Numbered from the whole stretch's first letter, positions 1 to 14,269 are shown. The stretch is 63,098 bases of DNA, filler included, from Octopus bimaculoides (GCF_001194135.2; 3 parts of 3 records of this genome joined end to end with filler, not necessarily neighbours in it), one strand, 5' to 3'. Numbers and translations: made by a program. The notes: generated from the letters alone by a model not told the origin.

Positions 1-350
1 AAAACAATACCTATTGTCATAGGTGCCCTGGGAATGACAGCGAAACGGGCTGATTACTACCTAGCTCAGATACCAGGAAACCCCAAAATGGCTGAAGTTC
101 AAAAGATAGTGCTCATGGGAACTGCCCATATCCTACGTAAAATACTGTCTATGTGATCTCAAATTTTAAAGCAAACACATAATTTTCTTATGGTTTCTTA
201 AACATTCACTTGAACAAAACTGTACAAATCCAAATATATGGTACCCTAGGCATAACACCTACATGAACTTCTAACTTGTTGTCCTTTGAGGTCTCTGGGT
301 GAGACTTGGATCCAACTTGTACAAATGCAAAACAAAAGTCAAACATAAAA
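1..350 (+). mobile_element. 3' end of an R4/Dong-like (RLE-type) non-LTR retrotransposon: ORF C-terminus 1-156 plus 3' UTR
   Basis: Frame 1 reads KTIPIVIGALGMTAKRADYYLAQIPGNPKMAEVQKIVLMGTAHILRKILSM*, the typical C-terminus after the restriction-like endonuclease. It is followed by a 3' UTR and a (TAA)n run at 351-370. Confidence 0.85.
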
Positions 351-370
351 TAATAATAATAATAATAATA

Positions 371-2623
371 TCCTACAAGACCCTAACATCTGTCATCTAT
401 AACCGGCTTATAAAGCACCTGGAAAACAACAATGCCTTAGCAGAAGAACAAAAAGGGTGCCGAAAGGGATGTATGGCTGTAAGGAGCAATTTCTGGTAAA
501 TCGAGCAATTATAGAGGACTGTTAGAGGAGACAGACAAACCTGAACATGACTTGGATTGATTATCAAAAAGCATCCGACAGTGTTCCGCACTCATGGATA
601 CTGGAATCTCTCTTTACAAATAAGGTAGCTCCACCACTGGAAAATCAGTATAACATTAAAAGAAAAATGACTCACAAGTTATTAAAACTTACCCTACACC
701 CATAAGAAAAGAGATTTTTCAGGGAACACTCGCTGTCACTCCTACTTTTCTGCCTTTCTCTAACCCCTCTAACAAAATTGTTAAATGAAACTACCCTGGG
801 TGTTACGGACAAAAAATGAACCATCTCCTGTACATGGATGACCTAAAACCTTTTGGTAAAAGTACTATAGAACAGAGAAATCTTATTAAAATTGTCCAGA
901 GTTTCAGTAATGACATCGGAATGAGCATGGGGCTGGATAAATGTGCCAGAGTCACTATGAGAAGAAGCAAATTATTCACACTGAAAACGCTGTACCTCAA
1001 CCACCCAAACAAAAATCTAGGAATAGAAGAAACAGCTAAAATACAATACGCAGAAATGAAGGAGAAAATTAAGAGAGAGTATTACAAAAGAGTTAGACTA
1101 ATACTAAACACTGAACTTAATGCTAAAAAAAGATAATAGGTATAAACACGCTATCCATACCAGTTATAAATTACAGCTTTAGCATAATAAACTGGAAGAT
1201 CAGTGAATTGAGAAACCTACATAGAAAAACCAGAAAACTACTAACAGCGTACCGAAATCACCACCCCAAAGCAGATGCAGACAGAATATATCTACCCCAC
1301 GTACAAGGAGGCTGTGGCCTGATGCAGGCAGAAAATAACAACAGTTGGACTATCAAAGTACTTAGAAACAAAGAGTGGAAGACTACTGCACGTAGTAAAG
1401 CAATATGAGAAAAAGAAAACGTTTTTCTCGATACACAAGGAGGCGAAAAATTACTAAACAGAAGCAAACAACACTGACACGCTAACCTCAGGTGACAACA
1501 TAGCAGAAATGGTCAGAGATAAAATATACAACATGAAAACTGAATTACAAAAGATACTGAAAAAGAAATGGAGAGAAAAATTACTTCATGGCCAATACCC
1601 TGCAAGGCTTGACAGAGAAGTGAACCTAAGTAAAAGCCAACAATGGCTCAAAAGCTCTGGACTAAAAGCAGAAGCAGAAGGACTGATTCTCGCTGCACAA
1701 AACCAATGCCTGACTACAATCACTTATAAAAATAATGAAAACAAGCCTCAACACCAAATGCAAAATGTGCAGCCAACATAATGAGACAGTTGACTACATC
1801 TCTCGGGCTCTCCAGTCCTTGGCAAGTCTGAATATGTATACAGACACAACAAAGTAAGCAGTTATATCCACCGGACAATATGCCAACATTACAATATCAA
1901 AACTGACAACTGGTCGTGTAAGCATGTGACAAGCAAGGTACAAGACAACGATACGTCCACAGTCATCTGGGATATGCCTGTTCAAACAGACAAAGAAATA
2001 AAAGCTAATCTCCCAGACATAGTAGTCAGGGATTGTGAAAACATAAACAACTGCTTACTGATACACACTGCATCTCTTCTAATCAAAATATTTGTCAAAA
2101 AAGAAGTGGAGTAATAGTCGAAGTACAAAGACCTTGAAATTGAAGTATTCAAAATGTAGGCTATGAAGTTAAAAACAATACCAATAATAATTGGAACATT
2201 GGGCATGATAAAAATCATATGAACAAAAATGTGAACACTATACCAGGATCCTCAATACTACACACTGCTAGGAACAACCCACATCCTACGCAAGGCACTA
2301 TCAACCCAATTATACAACCTAAACAAAACAACCTACAAATACAAGACACACTCTATACAGCATTTACCCAGTGAAATAAACTCCCATCAGTAATCCAGGA
2401 AACCAAAGCATTACACACTCAACACGCAATATAAACAGTAACACAAAAACAAAAAAAGATAGCACCATACCTCGAAGTAAAAAAGCAATACAGTACCGGG
2501 AAGAGTTCGGACACTCCCAACAGCAGAAAAAAAATACACACACTGCTGCACACACTCCGGCAACACGGAGGTGTAGCAGGTGATGCAGTAGAAATTTGCC
2601 TCAATCTACCATATATTGAAAGT

Positions 2624-2627
<4 letters not shown>
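371..2627 (+). mobile_element. 5'-truncated, frameshifted R4/Dong-like non-LTR retrotransposon (RT, CCHC and RLE remnants)
   Basis: RT motifs EEQKGCRKG, WIDYQKASDSVPHSW and NHLLYMDDLK. C-terminal LHGQY...WLKSSGLKAEAEGLILAAQ. RLE region VIWDMPVQTDKEIKANLPDIVV. Terminal GTTHILRKAL. Flanked by (TAA)n on both sides (351-370 and 2628-2672). Confidence 0.9.
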
Positions 2628-2675
<48 letters not shown>

Positions 2676-2692
2676 TGATGATGATGATGATG
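2628..2692 (+). repeat. (TAA)n grading into (TGA)n microsatellite; tail or target of the R4/Dong-like element
   Basis: Read directly from the sequence. Confidence 0.95.
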
Positions 2693-5015
2693 AAATTATC
2701 GAAGTTTGACTTGCTGTTACATCAGTTTTGAAACCTGATATTGATTTGTATTTTTATAATGTTAACATATCTCCCTACTTATTGAATCGCGGACGCTCTG
2801 TCTGTCAAAAATTGTTTGCCGTATATTTCGGTATTTCGTTTCGGATGATATCTTTCTACCCACAAGTGCAATATCCTGACATTATGTTTACTCATGTGAA
2901 AGTATTTTGTTTTAAGTAACATATCAGATTACAGATGTAGTTTACTGTTCCTATCATCGTATATGGAGGATAGATCCACTCGAGTGACTTCTCGTTATCT
3001 TCTCCAGCTAGGCATGAAGCGTATCGCTTTTAGAGGAAGGACATTTATATAATATTACCAGAAAATATTTGTTTAGCCATTAGAAATAGAAAATCACATC
3101 GTACATATTCTCAATTTGCAATGAATCAATTTTACAGATTTAGATTTTTTACACTTTTGAATTATTTAGGAAAAAAATGATTTTTATCACAAATTTGTAT
3201 ATGAGTTGTCATAATCCACGAATGGACCAAAATATGCTAATGGTACTGATTTTATCGAAAGAAAAATACCTGAAAAATAATGTGATATGAGTGAGGTTTG
3301 TCTGCAATATTTAATACATACCGGGCAGGGTAGCGTTCCATTCGTCGTAGTACTAAATAAGTTTGTAAACCAAAAGGGAGACGTGAATTTTTATTTTGGA
3401 CAGAGCACATATTTTTCTAGAAATAATAGAATGTTTCGCCATTGTGTTGATTAACTTTTACACGAAGTAGGATCCTTCTCTTAATGTAGGAACATCTTAA
3501 CATATCTATGACAACATACACACCTATCCATACGAGTTAACTAGGGAGCCTCTATAAATTCAGTCGACCAGCAAAATACGGTTTCAAATTTTGGCCCAAG
3601 TTCCGTTCAATCTGCAAAATGTAGCTGCTAAATCTCCCTCAAATTATACTATCATTTCAAAAAAGTATGGTCACAGTTGATACTTTAATTCTCCCCATCT
3701 TTGTCTGTCTGTCTTTTTATCTCTCTCACTCTCTTTCTGTCTGTCTGTCTCTCACTCCCCCTCTCTCTGTAAGAATAAGTATACGTATGCATGCATATAT
3801 ACGTACACATACAAGTATACATGCATACTGTTTTGAAAGGAATACGAGTTAGCTACCGTATCAAAGTATGTCCTACAGAAGCTGACCTGGAACTAATAAA
3901 CAACATGTGTTGGTGAATCGTACTCAAATATTTCCATGAAATATTATTTCAAATAATGACAAGTGTTGTCTATACTTCGAAATTCGATATTCCATTACTC
4001 ACAATGGTTCTCAGAGCAGCGTCTAGAAATTTGCTCCAGATTCTGTGTGTAAAGTTGAAAAGCTTCTGTATATAGTATGCTACTGGTAGAAATTGGTGAG
4101 TGAACTTGTGCAGAGGCGAAAGAATTAGCTCACGTACAAAGGCATTTTTAATACTGCCTTGTAGTATTTGCTGTGAGTGCTGATGAGTTGTGTTTATTTG
4201 CATTTCATACAACACTAATGTACCAGCTAACTAGCACACATAATGTAAGCTGTTAATGGCAATTTACTTTTCGCGGTATTAACTCTGTTAGCTTCAATGG
4301 ACTCAGACGCTCTTCTTTAAAACTGAGGTGTTGTTGGTTGATTATGTTATGCTGGACATTTATTTTGGTTAGAGAGATGTACTCGCAGTTCTCTGAAGCT
4401 AGGATTCGGAGGCGATGGGCTTTCATTATCTCTGTGACATGTTTTTCTACGATTCTGTACAGTGCTTCAAGACGTACTACAGGTCTGTAACATACTATGA
4501 GGATATATTTTATCTACTCTAATTTTCTGCCTATATTTACACCCATGCTCTGAAGCTGTCTTTTATAGACAACTTAAAATCCTTAACATGCAAGGTAAGT
4601 TTTGATGAACTTCTCTGTGACAAAACCTTTGTATTAAACTACGTCTCTAATAGCAAATTCAAATCGCCAACCCAGTTTTTCAACTTATTAGAATTTCAGC
4701 TTACACTAAGTGCTGCTGCATCTCTTTCTCTTGATAGTCTTACAAGTGCAAACAGTATCAAGTCATCAACTCCTTTTTGTAGACGCTGAAGGGATATTCT
4801 ACGAAAACTGAAACAAAAGCGAGCTGAGTTCTGAGACTTGAGAAACTGATTCACTAATGGATGAAAAATCAGGTAATTGAACTGGAAAGATTTCTATGGT
4901 GGACCTCCTAATTAAGATAGCTTTGCAGCTATCTTAACATTCACTTCAGTAGAACCAAAAATCTGTTAGCAGCTTCTCTGATGGTCGACTATTTGAAACG
5001 TGCCTTCTGACCTAC

Positions 5016-5115
5016 ATGAAGATAATTATGTTTGGGAAAGGATAACGAGAAAATGCAGATAATTATGTTTCGGAAAATGAAGATAATTATGTTTGGGAAA
5101 GGATAACGAGAAAAT
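5016..5115. repeat. Short tandem duplication: two ~39-bp units around a truncated unit
   Basis: atgaagataattatgtttgggaaaggataacgagaaaat occurs twice, with a shorter variant between. Confidence 0.85.
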
Positions 5116-5847
5116 TTGATGTATTATAAATTGGTCGGAACGAAATGCACTTTAAAAATATGTTGTGGTTTTTGTGTTCATTAGACAGCCTCGTATTTGT
5201 GTGTATAGCAATGTCTGTAGTGATTGTCATAGCGCATAGAGTCAGTTAGGGTGAGTCCAGTCACGATCCAGTTTCAACGTACACCTTGCAACCAACTCCC
5301 ATGAACGTCCTATCCACTCTGATAGATCATTCATGGCTTTAAACCTACATAGAATAGAAAATAGGAAACTACATACGTGATACCCGACCTTTCTAGTACA
5401 TTGTGATCACACAAAAAAATTTAAAAAAATGAAAACTTTATAACTGTAGGCATATGCGGTACATATTGTTGCGTTCTGTAATTAAATACACGATGTAGAC
5501 TATATAGTGAGGACCAAGTTTCTTGTTTTACGCCACAAACGTTATTCTGAGTCACTGGTAATTATCATTTAATAGCTTAGTTCGTTTACCAGCAAATTGG
5601 TATTGAGTCATTAGTGTTCTATTCATTTCGAAAAGATCTAATTAAATCGTGCTAGTGATCTAGTTTCGATTCCTGATTATCTCTCTGTCTACATGTTCCA
5701 TACAGGTGGTGGCCTGTAAATGTAAAATACATAATTTAATCTTATCGATGTGAAAAAGGAGAGGCGAAACCTATAGAATCTATAGGCACTTCACCTATTC
5801 CCTTTTTTCCGTTTTTCTGGCTTATTAAAATACATACACACACAGAG

Positions 5848-6345
5848 AGAGGATGCGGTAAATAAACTGTGGTCTAATTTACACAAAAATAAAAATAACA
5901 CTGACGTCTCATTTTAACATATATTTACCAAAATTACATACAAATATCTTGAAATACTAAAAAATAAATTTATTTAAAAAAATCGGAATTGGCTTCAACC
6001 ATGGACTTATGACGACTTCGGAATCACCTGCAATTCTTCTGGAGGTTTCCTTGTTTAACTTGATAAATGCTGCCATAATCCGTGCCTTCAGTTCACCTTT
6101 GGTGTTACAAGGAGTTTTGGTGATCTCTCGCTCAACTGCACCCCACACATAATAATCAAGGTGGCCAGATGTTAGGAGTGATGTGGTCGCAGAAGTTGTA
6201 TGACAGCCATAGATGGGTTCTCGTGTTTGTGTAGCATGGTGCAGAGTCCTGTTGCCAAACTGTATCGGGCTTTGCCCGCCCTTGGATAACATCGGCGCCG
6301 TGGACAAGAGACGCTAATATGAATGGACGACTGCTAGTGTTCCAT
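5848..6345 (-). mobile_element. Tc1/mariner-superfamily (maT/Tc1-like) transposase C-terminal relic
   Basis: Minus-strand WQQDSAPC...NFCDHITPNIWPP joined to LDYYVWGAVERE...PCNTKGELKARI. The conserved SPDxNP segment between WPP and LDY is missing. Confidence 0.85.
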
Positions 6346-7759
6346 AAGAAAAATTGCCCTGACTTGTGCCTAGAAAGGTAAATTTCTAGGTGAAATCCCA
6401 TGGTCATTGATCTCCGAAAGGAGTCTTTACTTTTTACTCTTTACCTACCTATGTATATATATTAACGTCAAAATTAACGTGAGTTATTTAGACATTAACA
6501 AATTTATTAGAATATTTAGCTGAAGATCAGAATAGAGTATTCTTTACTCTTAACTGTGAAACGATCGTACTAAATTAACTAAAGGCAAGTGGTTTTTTTA
6601 CTCTTCTCTACTGTTTTTTGTTCTGTGTGTATCAAAAATATCGCTATCAATCTGGAGTAATAATTTGTAGTTTTGAAATCAGTAGTTCTTTGACTGCTAT
6701 TTCTGAATTCTCAGTATGTTGGAGAAGCAGGTTACTGTCAATCCCTATATATTTATGATTATAAATGTTTTTTACCGAAAAGGTTTTTTCATACTGAGCT
6801 ACCCGGCANNNNNNNNNNNNNNNNNNNNNNNNNNNNNNNNNNNNNNNNNNNNNNNNNNNNNNNNNNNNNNNNNNNNNNNNNNNNNNNNNNNNNNNNNNNN
6901 NNNNNNNNNNNNNNNNNNNNNNNNNNNNNNNNNNNNNNNNNNNNNNNNNNNNNNNNNNNNNNNNNNNNNNNNNNNNNNNNNNNNNNNNNNNNNNNNNNNN
7001 NNNNNNNNNNNNNNNNNNNNNNNNNNNNNNNNNNNNNNNNNNNNNNNNNNNNNNNNNNNNNNNNNNNNNNNNNNNNNNNNNNNNNNNNNNNNNNNNNNNN
7101 NNNNNNNNNNNNNNNNNNNNNNNNNNNNNNNNNNNNNNNNNNNNNNNNNNNNNNNNNNNNNNNNNNNNNNNNNNNNNNNNNNNNNNNNNNNNNNNNNNNN
7201 NNNNNNNNNNNNNNNNNNNNNNNNNNNNNNNNNNNNNNNNNNNNNNNNNNNNNNNNNNNNNNNNNNNNNNNNNNNNNNNNNNNNNNNNNNNNNNNNNNNN
7301 NNNNNNNNNNNNNNNNNNNNNNNNNNNNNNNNNNNNNNNNNNNNNNNNNNNNNNNNNNNNNNNNNNNNNNNNNNNNNNNNNNNNNNNNNNNNNNTTTGTT
7401 TATTTCACCGTTTCGTTTTCCTGTCTTGTTTTCCGTCCGCCTCTACCCTCCACGAAAACAATTTAATTTGTGTTCGTGGGAAGAACCATTTTAACGATGC
7501 GTACTGCCTTAATTCTTCGAAACGCCGGAGTTTTAATGGTGGCAGCTGATGAAGGGGATGTTTCTATGTGGCCTGCTTGTTTGTTGCCCCTTGTTTACCA
7601 TTTTGTCCTTGTTCTTTTGCCACGTCATGTACCCAGTTATGTATCTATATGTACATGTAGATGAACGTATATACATACATGTACATATATATGCATATAC
7701 TCATATATTGTTTATATATATATATATATATATATGCCTCTGTGTCTGTGTGTATACAT

Positions 7760-8235
7760 ATGAGGCAAGCAAGAATGAGAGAAAATGTACCAGAATGGAT
7801 AGACGAATGATGAAGTGGTTTGGTCATATGAAGAGGATGGATGAAGAGAGGATGGTAAGGAGGCTGATGAATGCAGAAGTGTTAGGCAGCAGAACCAGAA
7901 GCAGACCTCGATTTGGCTGGATGGATGAGGTGAGGAAAGCTTTCGTGGTGAGAAGAAGTGCTGGAATGAGAGAGACAAGAGAGTTTATTAATGAATAGGA
8001 AAGCTTAAAGTGTTTTTGTGGACGGATGAGTGAATTGATGTTGCTCAAAGGGGTACGCAACCAGCATGATGCGTCGACGGTAAACCAGCATATGCTGTCG
8101 GGCCCCGCTGCTGATATCGGAGATTGCTTTCTATGCTTTGACCCGAGTATAAGACAAGGTTCGCCTCTTTGAGGTGAGAAATGAATAGAATGCCTGGTGT
8201 GTGTCTTGTGGTTGCCCTTCCTATGGAGAATAGGC
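7760..8235 (+). mobile_element. 3' fragment of an RTE-type LINE (ORF C-terminus plus 3' UTR)
   Basis: MKWFGHMKRMDEERMVRRLMNAEVLGSRTRSRPRFGWMDEV matches the RTE C-terminal W.GH..RM...R..GRP..W.D motif. Confidence 0.8.
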
Positions 8236-9857
8236 CTTGGTAAATAATAAAAAAATAAAAGATGAGTATACATACATACACATATGTATATATAGGTATG
8301 TGTGTGTGTGCGTAAATGTTACACCGCTGGCAGATTTGATTAACTTATCTTTCGCTTGAAGAAGGATGTTTTTGCTATTTACATCAAACAAATTCTCGTA
8401 GTGTGTACCAGAATGGTCAATGATGCTAGCTGCTCTCTATTTCATCAGAATTAAAGGACGGATGTATCTGTATGTCTGGATATAGTCTGCTATAGTCAAT
8501 ATCAAGTACTATACTAGAAAATGCATAGCACTGTTTTGATGCCTTGCGTCAAATGTTCTAAATGTTCTGGCATGCACAGAAAGTAACTTTGAAAGACTGT
8601 AGGGAATATCTTATGGGAATATCTTCACATAGGATATTTTGCATGGTAGAAGGCGAATATCAGAGACTCAAAGTTTTTTGAAACTTTATAAATCTCTATA
8701 TCAGAGAAAAAAGGGAAATTCTCAAATCGCACACTATAACTCTGGTCTAAATGAATATCAATGTGAGGTCCCAGACAAATAAATTTATATCAGAACATGA
8801 ATTATAGGTCATTGCAGAATACATAATTGGCCAATATTCATCTCTTTCCTTGATTCTTTCCTCCTTCTCATTTATTTATTTGAATTGTATTTATCAATTT
8901 AGTATTTTGCAATTGCTAGGTCATCGCCAGAAAAAAAAAATGAAGGACACGTGTGTGTGTGTGTTTGTGTATTTGTCAGGAAAATCTGGTGCTAAATTTC
9001 TAAATATCTATTTGAGTAAAATGTTTTTCCCTTTACAAACCTCTGATTTTGTTAATAGTTTACTATAAGCTATTCCATTTTTACCCTTAAATCTGAAGTC
9101 TAATGTTTTTCGTATTTGTTTCACGAGAGATGTTTGAGAATACACCAGCAAACTTACTGTGTCAGTGCAGTTCGACTGATCAGTATAAAGCAAATTTAAA
9201 TGAATGAATGAATGAATAAATAAATAATAAATAAAAGTAAAAGAAATTTATTCTAAAAATTAGAATATCGAAAAACGGAAAGCGAATCAAATCAAAGGCA
9301 AATATTAAAGCGAAAATATATAAAAAATCTGCGAACAAATTATTTTTGAAATTGAAAGTGAATGTAAAAACATAAAAAAAAAGAATTACTTCAGCAACTA
9401 CGAAAACAAATAAATGTTGTACTAAAACAACCGCTTGTTTTATATTAATGTTTCATGTTAGAAAAAAAAAAAAAAAAAAATTTTATGTTTTAGCTTGAAA
9501 TTCGTTTCGAGTCTACTCTTCTAGTTTATCCTGAAATGTGTTAATATTTTGGAGCATTACTATTTGCCATGGTTTAAACGTACACAATTGTTGGAATTTT
9601 CAAAGGCAGTGAAGTGACAAAAGAAGTCGTGCGCTGGTTTCTAAATATCTCCTTGCACAATATAATTACACGCCTTTACATTTTATCTGTTCGCATTCTG
9701 TCAAATTCAATTTCGCTTTTTATCTTTCTAGAATCGATAGAATAAATAAAACCAGTCAAGTACTAGGGATCGATTAAATCAATTGCACACACTCATTTCC
9801 GTTTTTGTTTTTTTTGCTAAAGTAGAAATCATTACTGAAATATTTTAAAAGTATTGC

Positions 9858-10060
9858 TATTATTATTGTTATTGCTTCGATCTGGAGTAAAGGGCCGCGC
9901 CAGTATCCCTTCCTAGGTTTTTCCCAGGCTCCTTCTATGCTAGGCTCAGGTCCTCTCTGCTGAGATCGATGTGACTAACGTACTTTTGAAGAGTTGCAGG
10001 TTGAGAGCTGTGAGGATAACATGAACAGATAAGGAAATTTAACGGTGGTCTTGGAGTTCA
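9858..10060 (-). mobile_element. Possible decayed 3' end of another RLE-type LINE
   Basis: GC-rich segment ending on the minus strand in aataacaataataat, with a weak LQK-containing C-terminal-like frame. Confidence 0.3.
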
Positions 10061-10102
10061 AGGGGCGAGAATCATGTGTGAACACAATAGTAATAATGAA
10101 AA

Positions 10103-11370
10103 GAGGAGAGACAAGTGAGTCGGATGAACTCAGACTATAGTCACAGTGTTATATCGTTAATTTGATATGACTTGTCCAATCGTTGCTGAATTACTTTTTC
10201 TTTATTTTCATACATAGAATATAAACATGAATTGTTTACTCTTTATCTTACAGCTTTGATAATGCATAGTGAAGAAATTGCTATTAGAGCCATTTTGCAC
10301 TACCTGTGAGAAAAAAAGGCATAACTTTAAGGACAGCGACAGAATAAATTATTTGTGTGACGACCCAGGAACTGTCAACGAACGTGTGGCACAAAACCGG
10401 TTCAGACATTTCAATGAATGTGACACCAGCTTCGAAGAGAAGCCAACATCAGGGAGACCTGTTGTAAAAAATGAGGCCTTGATCGAAATGGTTGAATAAC
10501 ACCCAAGCACAAGCAGAACTTGGTCCTTCACAAGCATCATCTCCATAGTCTTGGCCTTATAAATAGACGCTGTCGACAAGCTCCTCGTGAACTGACCAAT
10601 GCACAAGCACATCGACGCGTGAACATTTGCAGACAACCGTTAGGAAATCATCGAGATGCCCGTTTTGGCTCCGAGTGACTGGGATGAAAGATGGATCTAT
10701 TTTCGTAATCTTAATAATATATAACAGTAACTTCGTTCCAGCCAGGTCTCAGAAACTACTGTGAAACAAGGACGGTTTGAACAGAGGGTGATGTTGTGTG
10801 ATTGGTGGAATTTCGAGTCGGTGTTGCATTTTGAGCTTGTCCTAGATGGTCACGATGTGAACATTAACCTTTATGCTTAATAACTGCAGCGAGTATATGA
10901 TACTTTGAAAACCCGCTGCTCGGCTTTGATCAATCGAATATTCGCACTCCTAGAGCATGGCAATACTTCATCAAACACTACCAGTGTAACCAAGCACAAA
11001 TGTGAAGAACTTGAGTGCTGGAAGTGTTGCGCCCCCCTACCTACGGTTCAAACATTACAATATCTGATTATCAGCTTTTCTGAGCCATGGCTCATTTCTT
11101 GCACGTTTGGAGGTTCACCAATGTGAAAGAGGTTGAAAATGGGTGCAAGGAGGTTTTTTCCGTCTAAACCAGTCAAATGGTATAAGCGGAATTGCGTTTC
11201 TGGCTCAACAATGGCAGCAGACAATAAAATATGATGGGATATATTTTGATGAATTTTGATATAGTTTGATGAATAACTACCTTTTGTATGTAATGTATAT
11301 ATTTTGATGAATAACCAACTTTTGTATGCAATGTAAGCTTGAAATACGAATAAACTTTTGTCTCTACCTG
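10103..11370 (+). mobile_element. Degenerate near-full-length mariner (DD34D-type) DNA transposon
   Basis: HTH region VNERVAQNRFRHFNECDTSFEEKPTSGRP. QAPREL resembles WVPHEL. Catalytic pieces VTG(D)EKWIYF, VMLCDWWNFESVLHFEL and HGN, plus a decayed YSPD/SDYQLF region. Many stops and frameshifts. TIRs only weakly recognisable. Confidence 0.85.
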
Positions 11371-12046
11371 GTTTTATGGATATACGTTAGACAAGGATAC
11401 CATTAGCTGCATACTCAAGTATTCGATCTCCGATTTAAATTTCTAGGGTAGATCCATTTCATTTATCTTCATGTTACGCTTGTACTCATTATACTCATAA
11501 TACATGATACATTATACTCACAACATCCCTTTTCTCCTTCATCCGGAAATGTATCTTTGAACACATTCAAGAAAACCGATATTCATCGAGCAAAGAAAGT
11601 GCCTATAGCTGAATTTTTCCGTTGTATGAAACGTTGGGACATACCAACAGATGGGTATTACACCATTTTGCGTATAGTCATAGAAAACGATTTAGTTTGC
11701 ATCTGGCCTAATTTCAGGTACGCGGTACTGAGAAGTCATAAAGATGACGAAACATTAATGTCTATCGCTCCTGTAACGAGACCTGATGCTAGTTATCTTG
11801 CTTGTCTATGACTGTGTATGCATATATGGATGTGTATTTGTGTGTGCGTGTAAATGATTATATATGACTAGGTACACATACACTAACACACAGGCACAAA
11901 TATATAGAAGAATCATATCAAGAATGACCAGGCTCAATGGATTTTTTCTTCAACAGAATATCAAAATCGGATCATGAAACTAACTCAATAGAGACTTACC
12001 GAGGTGAATCAAATAAAGTTGGTAATCAGATGCAAATCTAAAATCT

Positions 12047-12190
12047 ATGGTGACGGCAGTGGTGGTACTAGTAATAGAAGCAGCAGCAGCAGTAGTAGTA
12101 GTGGTAGTAGTAGTGGTAGTAGTAGTGATGGTAGTAGTAATAGTTGCAGTAGTACTGATAATAGTAGTAGTAGTGGTGGTGGTGTTGGTA
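12047..12190. repeat. (AGT/GGT/AGC)n trinucleotide low-complexity repeat
   Basis: Read directly. It explains the poly-T/S/V ORFs in the track. Confidence 0.95.
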
Positions 12191-12594
12191 GAGAAGAAGA
12201 TTATATGTGGAATTTGTTTTCCTCGAAGGCATTTTTGGCGTGAATGATTCGATCGATTACTGTGCAGTGAATATAATTCAATAATATTAAATGTTCTTCT
12301 GTACAACCATGTTTCATATTTCAAATGAAATATTGGAATGGTGAAATGAAATATATTTCTGAAAGATAACTTATAATCACAATTCCCTCGACTAAAAAAA
12401 CAAAAAAATCATAAAAAATGTTATGCTTCATGCCTACTTCAAGAAGACAACAGGATGTCAAAGTATTCTCGCCAAATATCATGACAGCATTTTAGCAAGA
12501 TACATATGGAATCGGATATGTTATTTCAAGTGAAATTATTTCACGTGAATAACCATAATCATCTACAAATTGTAGTCGCCGGTATCATGTACAC

Positions 12595-13075
<481 letters not shown>

Positions 13076-13479
13076 CAAGTAAAAGAAAGAGAAATGTCAC
13101 ATATCGTATTTAGCAATTGAACCAACATGTAGTGAAATATTAGTTTCTGTCTAACTTCTGAACGAATATAATTTTAAAATGTCTACAAAATATCTCAGAA
13201 TTTTTGTTCAAGTTGTAGTCAGACAGACACAAATTTGACTCTTGTGAAATTTAAGTTCTGAAAAATGAGTTCGAAATAAAATATGTAAAGTCTATACCGA
13301 TTCTAGTAAACCATCACTGTCACACTAAGCATACACATATGCAAACCAACACTTATATATCAACGGCGTTTATTGTGAAGCAATCACCACATTTCGTTCC
13401 CTAAAATGCTCCTTACGCAGTTGTGAGACTAATTTGAAAGTGTTTAATTTAAATACTTTGGGTAATCATTCCTTAATTG

Positions 13480-13960
13480 ATGAAACGTAGCAGATAGACT
13501 TAAAAGCCGGGCCGCGTTCTCGTTGCCGACATCAGGATAATATGTATATGCTCTTGTGCTTTTAATTGTTTGATATCTTCTTCTGTTGAAGGAGCTGCTG
13601 TTTAACAAAGACAGAAGTCTCCGTCGTTGGAATGTAGATAGCAAAAACAAATTCAAATTTTAAACCTTAGAAAATCTTGCATAATTTTACTGTTCCACTT
13701 ACAGATTGTATTTGTAATGTGCGAGTTAGCTGGTTGGTTTCTTTTTCTGGAAATCCCTGCTTATCCAGATTGTGATTTAGACATTTACTTACAAATCTAT
13801 GTACACCAATTAATATTGGTATAAATGTAAATTTATAATCTGGATATAAAAGCTCGATGTTCCAGAGCAGTCACCTGTAGTTATGTTTTTCTTCGAATTT
13901 TGAAGAGATATTCATATAAGCAAGGCAACTGACCTCTCTGACGATACATACTTTTCTTGT
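13480..13960 (-). mobile_element. 3' end of a second RLE-type LINE family (endonuclease C-terminus plus 3' UTR), interrupted by the Gypsy LTR
   Basis: Minus frame TRKVCIVREVSCLAYMNISSKFEEKHNYR*LLWNIELLYPDYKFTFIPILIGVHRFVSKCLNHNLDKQGFPEKETNQLTRTLQIQSVSGTVKLCKIF*, resembling the E.SCP.D.N..K..EK...Y / LYPDYKF.FIPI..G RLE C-terminus. Confidence 0.7.
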
Positions 13961-14268
13961 TGTTGTATAGTGAAACAGTATATCTCTTCCGGTAAACAAT
14001 GGTAGGAGACGGCCATTATAAATAGACCAATAACCGGTCATCAAGAGAGGGTAAAAGTCGAAGAGTTGAGAGTCGACAGTTCTCGTCGGTGTCTTGTGGA
14101 GCTATCAGTGATAGTAAGACAGAAGAAATTTGTGTATTACTATTCTGGTACGAAGAGGTACAACAAAATCTCATGACTAGTAATTATTGTGGCTACTAGC
14201 GTAAAACAGCAACTACAGTACATCGGCAGTCATACATCACACCAGTGGGAGGAACCCATTTTACAACA
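13961..14268 (+). mobile_element. 5' LTR of a Gypsy (Mag-like) retrotransposon, 308 bp
   Basis: Termini TGTTGTA...TACAACA form a perfect 7-bp inverted repeat. Contains TATAAATA and is followed by a PBS one base later. Confidence 0.8.
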
Positions 14269-14269
14269 G

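Noticed and set aside
7505-7560. CGAAAC...GT and CTGATGA close together (possible type II hammerhead)
   Set aside because: Stem I cannot form and stem II depends on wobble pairs. At best it is a decayed PLE-terminus relic, and the upstream context is lost in a gap.
13444-13656. ORF MNLFLLSTFQRRRLLSLLNSSSF...RAYTYYPD resembling a mitochondrial presequence (loosely like BCKDHB)
   Set aside because: It lies immediately downstream of the RLE LINE stop codon, within that element's 3' UTR, and I found no further exons of such a gene.
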